DNA of 64,000 bases. It comes from an uncultured virus (IMG/VR IMGVR_UViG_3300035181_002953). Its lineage: Duplodnaviria; Heunggongvirae; Uroviricota; Caudoviricetes. Of this stretch, positions 57,398-64,000 are shown piece after piece. The notes below the pieces were generated by a model. That model had not been told where the DNA came from. It did no database searches and was given only the letters and a program-made list of their open reading frames with translations. Position 1 is the stretch's first letter. Each line of letters begins with the position of its first letter. The stretch lies in IMG/VR virus record IMGVR_UViG_3300035181_002953. The stretch is one strand, 5' to 3'. The translations under genes were made by a program, and so were the position numbers.

Positions 57398-58215
57398 TCA
57401 GGGAAGGTGTACCTCAGAAAAAGCCGGAGCTCGGGCGGAATCGAAACAGGCTGGGCCCAGAACCGCACCACCTTCACCGGCAGCATCGCCTTCTCGCGCG
57501 CCCTCTCCGCAGCCGCCGCGGCTTCCGCGTCGCGCGTTGCCTTTCTCCTTTTTTCTTCCGCCGCCCACCGCTCGTTGTCCGCCCTGCGCGCCGCCGCCTG
57601 TCGAGTTCGCTCTCGAGCCATGGTTTCGCTGCGCTCATGGTCTGCATCCGGCAGCGACGTGAACGTCGGATCGATGAAAGGCCGGAGGAGCCGTGCGCGG
57701 TTCCATTCGCGCAACTTTCGAAGAGCTCCCTCCTCCATCTGTCGAGCGCGCTCACGTCCGACCTCGAAGTAGTAGCCGACCTCTTGGAGCGTCGCGATTC
57801 CGTCGGGATGCTTGTGCGCCTCGGCACGGAGACAGTCGCGGCAAATGAACTCGAGGCACTCGATGCAGCCGAGCCCAGATGAATGCCGGGTCTCGCAATG
57901 CACGCACGCCCACTCCCAGTCGCCCGTCAGGTCCGCAATGGGGTAGAGGAACGTGATCAGCTGTTGCTTCACATTCATCTGCGGACGCGTGCCGGGGCGT
58001 CGATCCAACAGATCGCCAACATGGGCCATTTGACAGTCCTCCGGGTTGATCGACTCCGGCGGAAGCTCCCCGAACTCGCGCTCGAGATCGGCGAGGACCT
58101 GCTTGCCAAGCAGCAGCGACGCGCTGAGGGACCACAGCGTCCCCGTCTGCGCGTAGAAGTATTTCCACCACCCGATCTCGCGGTTCATCGGAAGCCGGTC
58201 CTCGTCGTCGAACAT
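57394..58215 (-). CDS. Zn-finger plus sigma70 region-4 HTH protein
   Basis: CVHC..CIEC..CRDC then TLQEVGYYFEVGRERARQMEEGALRKLR (sigma 4.2 consensus); no region 2. Confidence 0.7.
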   Translation of the reverse strand: MFDDEDRLPMNREIGWWKYFYAQTGTLWSLSASLLLGKQVLADLEREFGELPPESINPEDCQMAHVGDLLDRRPGTRPQMNVKQQLITFLYPIADLTGDWEWACVHCETRHSSGLGCIECLEFICRDCLRAEAHKHPDGIATLQEVGYYFEVGRERARQMEEGALRKLREWNRARLLRPFIDPTFTSLPDADHERSETMARERTRQAAARRADNERWAAEEKRRKATRDAEAAAAAERAREKAMLPVKVVRFWAQPVSIPPELRLFLRYTFPE

Positions 58216-58316
58216 CCCTACCCCTTCCACATCCCCATCGTTCCGATCTCGGTCGTCGAGATCGCGATGGCGGCCACGATCACCAGGACGAGGAACGCGC
58301 AGTCCATCAGCCAAGT

Positions 58317-60477
58317 CTATCGCGCGACGCGGTGGAAGATCTCCGGCATCGACGGTGCCGCGGGGGCGCGCGCTGCCGGCGGCTTGACGCCGCTCCCCGG
58401 CACCTCGACGCAGTCGTACGATCGGTCGCCGCAGAACAGCGCCTTGGCGCCCCTGCGCTTCTGGATCGCCATGATCACCATGCGGTTCAGGCGGGGTTTC
58501 TTCGGAAGACGAACCGTCTCGACCAGGCCGCTCTTGGTCCAGCGGACCTTCCCTCGCCGCTTCGCGACTTCGTAGAGCTCGGCGTGCGTCATCACGGCGT
58601 TGCCTCGGGCGCGGCGGACGCGACGGCGGGCGGGTGAAACGGACAGGCCTGCCCGGAGCGCGCGCGGAGCTCGCACACCTTGCACGGACCGTCGTCGAGC
58701 TTCCAGTGCTCGGAGACCTTCAGGACCTCGATCTCGGCCTTCTGCAGCGCATCGTCGACGAGACGCGAGAAGACGCGGATGGCCGGGTCCTTGTTCTCGC
58801 GCTCGATCGCCTTCTTCATGCCGAACGATCGGAGAACGCGGCGGGTGTCCGTCATCGACGGCCGCTTCTCCTTTTTCAGCCCGAGCACGCGGCTCATCGT
58901 GAGGCGCCAGTGCTTCTGACCATCCTCCTCGACGATCGACGAGATGACCCACACGATCCCGTCGCTCCACACGCTGCCCGACCGCGTCGTCCCCTCGAAC
59001 AGGTCCGGCAGGCGCTTCCACGTGTCCTCTCCCTCGCCCGGCGATGCCACCGGCTTCAGCTCGGACAGCTTTTTCAGCACCGCCGGAAGCCGGTCCCATT
59101 CCTCTTTCGTCGTCGCGCGCATCACTCTCTCCCCTCGCGTTCGTACCACTCGTCCCGGATCGCGGTGAACTTGCGAACCTCGCCCCGGTAGATAACCCAG
59201 ATGTTCCAGCCCACGCCAGCGATCCACGCGCCGGCCGCGATGACCAGGGTCGCAATCACCGGCGACGGCCAGATCGCCACGCCAACCGTCATGACCGAAA
59301 TGCCCATCGCTACGAAGGACATGCCCGTCGTCGTATTGTCCCGGCACCGGCCGAGCGCGGCCCGAACGTCGCTGATGGTCTGCCCGCGCATGGCGAGGCG
59401 CTCCGGCTCGAGGGGCGTCGGCTGCTCGCCGAGCCGACGGCGTCGATCCAGGCTCGTCGTGCCGAGCAGGGAACCGAGCCTCACGACGCCGCCCTGTTGC
59501 AGGTGGCGATCTTCTCCTGCAGGTCCTTCACGAGATCGGCGGCCGTCTCGGCCGAGAGCACCGAGATCGACGGCTCCCGCTTCCCGTGCGGATCGACCGA
59601 CACGATCATGATGAACTTTCGGCCGTGGGCGTCCCACCCGATGTCCGTGCGCAAGAGCGCGCACTCGTCGGTGCTCATGACCATATTTCCGTCGCCCGTC
59701 GGCCTCATGACTCACCCATTCTACGACGAGCCTCGGCCGTCGCCTTCGCCCGCGTGATGCCGAGGCATCCGCGGAAGTAGTCGCACTCTTCCTCGGTCCA
59801 CTTGTACCGCCGGCGCGCCTCGACGACGAATCGGGCCGCGTCGTCAGCCTCGTCGGGCGTAGGGGGCGGCGGGCGCGGGATGTCCTCGTCGTCGAAGCCC
59901 GAGCTGTCCCGAGTCGAAGGTGAGATGTCTCGGGACGGAGGCACCCGAGCAGGCATCGAAGCAACGACGGACGTGTCTCGCGAATCAGGCACGCGAGCGG
60001 GCGTTTCAGCGGTCTCTTCCTCCCCCTTTTCGATGGGGCAGCCACGGCAGTGCCCCCGCTCGTCGAAGTTGTCGCAGCTCGGGAAGGCGTCGAATCCCTG
60101 CGCCCGCGCCTCGGCGCACATCCCCCGGAACTCGGCGACGCCGATGATGCGACCGTTGCGGCGAATGCCGGGGAGGACGTGCCGGCGGAGGTACGAGTCG
60201 TCGTGGCGGTCCACGTCGACCGCCATGCACATGTGGATCGTGTACGGAGGCTCGGGCGGCGGAACTACTGCAGAACGTCCAGGCGCCACGTCCAGACCAG
60301 CATCAGCATCCCCGGCTTGTACGGCACCGCCGCTGTTCCGATGAGCTCCCACCTGTCGGGATCGGGCACGTCGTCGGGGCGGATCGGGTTGTCCGGCACC
60401 ATCGTCACGCCCACCGCGTCCGAGTCCCGACGCGACGTCACGAACCCGATCGTCGTCCGGTACTCGCTCAGACTCAT
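58317..60477 (-). other. small hypothetical genes (58317-58592, 58592-59122, 59122-59391, 59481-59708, 59705-60268, 60265-60477)
   Basis: Coupled co-oriented ORFs; boundaries approximate. Confidence 0.5.
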
Positions 60478-61028
60478 GCGCCATGGTGTAGCTCATCGAA
60501 ACGATTCAGGAAAGCCCGCTTTGCGTCGGACGGCGACATCGGAATGATGTGCTCCGGGTACGGCTCGAACGGAATCGACCAGTCCGGGTTCATGACCGCG
60601 AGCAGATCGCGGGCCTCGGTGGCGAGCATCCGGCCATCGGCGAGCTTTACCTCCGGGGGCTCGAGCGGGCGGCTCATCCTGAACGCCGTGCCGATGGCGT
60701 CCATGATCCGTTCCTCCGCGTCGCGGTAGGGGGCCATGATCGGGTGCCGCTTCACCGGCGACGCGAGGTCCGGCAGGTACGCTTCGCTCGCGTCGTGCAT
60801 CAGGCCGTGGAAGGCGAAGGCCGAAGGCACGTAGAAGCTCACCAGGACCGCGTGCTGCGCCACGGAGTAGTGGACCCTCGAGTGCCCGGTGTAACGGCAC
60901 ATGTTGGAGAGCGCGTGCGCGATGTCCCCGATGCACACGTCCTCCCAGCGCGGCGCGAGCGGCCAGAACTTCCGGCCGGTGTAGGTCTGAATCCAGGCGC
61001 GATCGTCGTCGTTGAGGATGCCGGTCAT
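60474..61028 (-). CDS. HD-domain 5'-deoxynucleotidase (YfbR-like, phage type)
   Basis: DIAHALSNMCRYTGH..YSVAQH..LMHDASEAYLPD..VKLADGRMLATEARDL. Confidence 0.85.
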   Translation of the reverse strand: MTGILNDDDRAWIQTYTGRKFWPLAPRWEDVCIGDIAHALSNMCRYTGHSRVHYSVAQHAVLVSFYVPSAFAFHGLMHDASEAYLPDLASPVKRHPIMAPYRDAEERIMDAIGTAFRMSRPLEPPEVKLADGRMLATEARDLLAVMNPDWSIPFEPYPEHIIPMSPSDAKRAFLNRFDELHHGA

Positions 61029-63287
61029 CCGAAGGTCACCTTCTGTTTCAGGCTCGCTGCGAGGCGCAGGCCGTCGATGAACCGGCGCGTGAGGTGCTGA
61101 ATCGTCTCCGGCCGAAAGCCCGCCCGGAGCTCCAGGATGCGAGGGGCGAGCGCCTCGAGCCGATCGGCGATGGGGCCGCAGTCCTCAGGCGCAAGGATGC
61201 CCTGGTCGTCCTCATGCTCGAGCAGAAGCGTGAGCACGTCCGAATCGTACGGCTCCCACGGGATGGGCACGACGCCCTTCCACTTGTTGAAGCACGGCTG
61301 CGCGCGCCGGACGAGCCACTGGTCCGCCGGGTCCCAGCAGCCTTCCATGAGCCACCAGGGCGGGAAGTCGGCGGCTTCAGCGACGATGGAGCGCCACTCG
61401 TTGAACGTGCCGCAGCTGCCGTGAAAACAACCGTGCGAGATCCGAAGGCTCATCGTCGTAGAGTGACACCGGCCGCCACGGCCCGAGTATCGGCCTGCGC
61501 GACAGGGACCGCGTAGGTTTGCCCGTCGACGTAGGCGTACACCACGCTCGGATTCCCTGCGACGGTCAGAAGGGTGATGCGCCACCATTCGCGCGACTCC
61601 GTGGGGCGGAGGCCACACGACGCGAGACGGATCTCGTCGCCGACGAAGACCGGCTTTCCAGCTGCATTTAGCCCATACGACGGCACGGGGTCGCACAGAT
61701 CGCAGAGCACGATGCCGCCGATCCCCTCATGGAGCGCTTCGGTGTGCGTCGTGCTCGTGGGGAGGCCCCTCGTCTCTTCCTGAGGGCGGTTCTCCGGCAC
61801 GAACCTCCGTTCGCCCTTGTACCCCGACGTCAAATCCTCGATGGATGCGCCAGGCACCCAGCACGAGTGCCCACACGAGAAGGTGATCTCCATCTTCACG
61901 GGGCGGATCGCATCATCGGTGTCCGAGGGGATCTCGTACGCACCGGCCGGGCGCTCGATGACTTGCGACATGCGGATGACCTGGACGGGGCGCTTGCCCA
62001 TCTTCGGCTTCCCGATCGGCGGCACCCGCGGCGGCGCCATCTTCGGCTCGAGATCCTTGGCCGTCAGATTGGTCTCCCGGTAGTCGATGTGGACGCCGCC
62101 GCCCTCGCTCGGGTAGAGGCCGGCGGTGTAGATGAGCCCGTTGAAGCAGAAGTACGTGTTCCCCGCGCCGAGGGCCGCCTTCGCCGCCATCTCACGCGTC
62201 CCGGCCCCTTTGAAATCCATCACGTCACGCCACGTCAACGCCTCGGTCACCTCGATCATCGCCCACCACCCGTCCCTTTCTTCTGCTGCTCCCGCCGCTC
62301 CACGCGCTTGTCGAAGTGGGGGTCCGACACCACGACGAGTGCGATGGCCATCACGCTGATCTTTCGCTCGGCCGTGCCCCCGATCTGCTCGAGCAGTCGT
62401 ACCACCTTGGACGCATCCGTGAGGACGTCTTTCGGTACGTCCCCTTCGAGCAGCTGACTTTCTCTGACCACCGCCACGACCGCCGGCCGCGTCTCCCGGA
62501 TGAACCGATCGACGATCCGCTGCCCGGCGTCAGGGAGGCGCCACGACGTGCGGCGCATCTCATCGAAGAACCGCTCGAATGCGGCCGAGAACGGAGTCGG
62601 GTGCGCCACCCGATTACTCGTCGTTCCAGCACTGGCAGCCGGCATCGCCGCCGCAGTGCCGGCAGACGTTCTGATTCATCCACCCGTTCACCTCGGAGAT
62701 CTCTTCGTCCGTCGCATCCTCGAGCCACGCGAGGATGTTCGCCGCCGGGGCGCGCGCCGGGGCGGCGTCGCGCGCCGTGCCGCGGGGCTCGAGCTCACGC
62801 GCCGACTCGTGCGGGATCAGGTCGTACTTCCGAAGAAGATCGACCACGGCTTTCAGGGCCGCCATCTCGTCGCCGTCCGGGAAGCACGCGACGAACTGAT
62901 CCGTGTGACGCACGCCGTCGGGGCCGTTCGAGATCGTGTGGATGTAGTCGATCAGGATCGTCCGCGTGCCGACGTTCTGTCCGATGGCCCGGAACGCCGC
63001 GCGCAGGCGGTAGTTCTCGTCGCGCAGCTCTTTGTTCAGCTGCTCTTGCGTCGGCGCCGCCGTCACGATCCCTCCGGCGGAGGCGGCTCGACGGGCGGCG
63101 GCATCGTCGGCGGGCAGATCTTGAGCATTCGTGCCCGGGCGCGCTCGATCGACGCCGTCAGCTCGTCACGAAGAAACTCTGCCTGGTCGACGGTCAAGTT
63201 GTGGAAATGCCACTCACCATCGTCGGCCTCGAAATCGACCGCCAAGGTTCCATTGGACTGCACCCCGACCGAAATCTCCGATTCCAT
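61025..63287 (-). other. small hypothetical genes (61025-61453, 61450-62259, 62256-62645, 62614-63066, 63063-63287)
   Basis: Coupled co-oriented ORFs. Confidence 0.55.
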
Positions 63288-63400
63288 GCCGACCTTCCCG
63301 AGGGTTCGCCACCAGACGACGACCCTCCGCCATGCCCGCGCCGTCGTTCCCATCCCGCACGCATCATGCACACCGTGCGCATGACGGTCAAGCAAAACGA

Positions 63401-63429
63401 TTGACAGACGGATCTCGGCCCAGCATGAT
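63401..63429 (+). promoter_or_regulatory. sigma70-type promoter TTGACA-N17-CATGAT
   Basis: Perfect -35, 17-bp spacer, ATG 8 nt after the -10; at a strand switch. Confidence 0.65.
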
Positions 63430-63437
63430 GCAGCACT

Positions 63438-63898
63438 ATGAACACGAGGCGCGACACGGGGCGCGACGAGGAGCCCCTCCCGCAGGTAGCAGCGGCGCAG
63501 AAACGGCTGCTCGAGCAGTGGTCTGGATTCCCGATTGGGACGCGGGTGGTTCTCTCGCAGGGAGGCCGCGAGATCCAGACGCAGACGACCAGCTACCCGG
63601 CGATGTTCGGCCCGTTCGCCGTCGTGTGGCTGCGCGGGATCACGGGCGCGCAGCGCCTCAGCAAGGTTCGCGTCGCGCTTGCGAGGGTCGCGTGAGCGCA
63701 GCGCCGAAGAAGGTGCTCGCGTACATCGATCCGCCGCCGTACATGCTCCGGGAGGTTGCGGCGCGGCACCAGCTCGACCCGCGGACGCTCATCCGGGCCT
63801 ACCGGGGCGAGGCGATTCGTGGCGCGGCCGTCATGGGGCGCGCCGAGGTAGCCGTGACGGAGATGCGGAAGCTGATGGCACGGAAGGGGAAGGTCTGA
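63438..63898 (+). other. two small genes (63438-63695; 63692-63898 HTH-like)
   Basis: LREVAARHQLDPRTLIRAYRG is HTH-like. Confidence 0.5.
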
Positions 63899-64000
63899 GG
63901 AATGGCGACGGTCACTCGGAAGTTTCAGCACGCACTCTCGGTCGCCGAGGCGAAGTCCCGGTGCGACAAGGCCTTCGACCACTACCGCTCGCAGTTCCCT

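Noticed and set aside
58123..58147. GCTGAG-N15-CGTC antisense inside the sigma-4 gene
   Set aside because: Spacer is one base short, and the copy is intragenic and antisense

Overview
GC-rich (about 69%) 64 kb segment of a large phage or phage-plasmid. The host is probably a myxobacterium (Polyangiaceae-like), inferred from a Gly/Ala-linker lipoprotein and the composition. No capsid, portal, terminase or polymerase gene is recognisable in the window. Layout: a leftward operon (about 1-5 kb); a long rightward block of small accessory genes (5.6-35.4 kb); and a leftward block (35.4-63.4 kb) with 'NP'-linked modular proteins, a lytic transglycosylase, peptidases, four tRNAs, a family of tail/receptor-binding-like proteins, a Cre-like recombinase, a sigma-region-4-only protein and an HD nucleotidase. 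Main discovery candidate: a 617-aa Cas12m-like (type V-M/V-U1) effector at 20192-22045 that keeps a canonical RuvC D-E-D triad. It has no cas1/cas2 or transposase nearby. It is accompanied by about 13 structurally conserved but sequence-degenerate repeats (GCTCGGC-loop-GCCGAGAC) in mini-arrays and as solo copies. These have short spacers, genes inserted between them, and one copy at the predicted transcription start of the cas operon. Other highlights: an element-specific promoter-like motif GCTGAG-N16-CGTC (13 exact copies), a three-domain GroES, and an 11-6-11 lox/dif-like site. All family calls come from motif recognition by eye; no searches were run.
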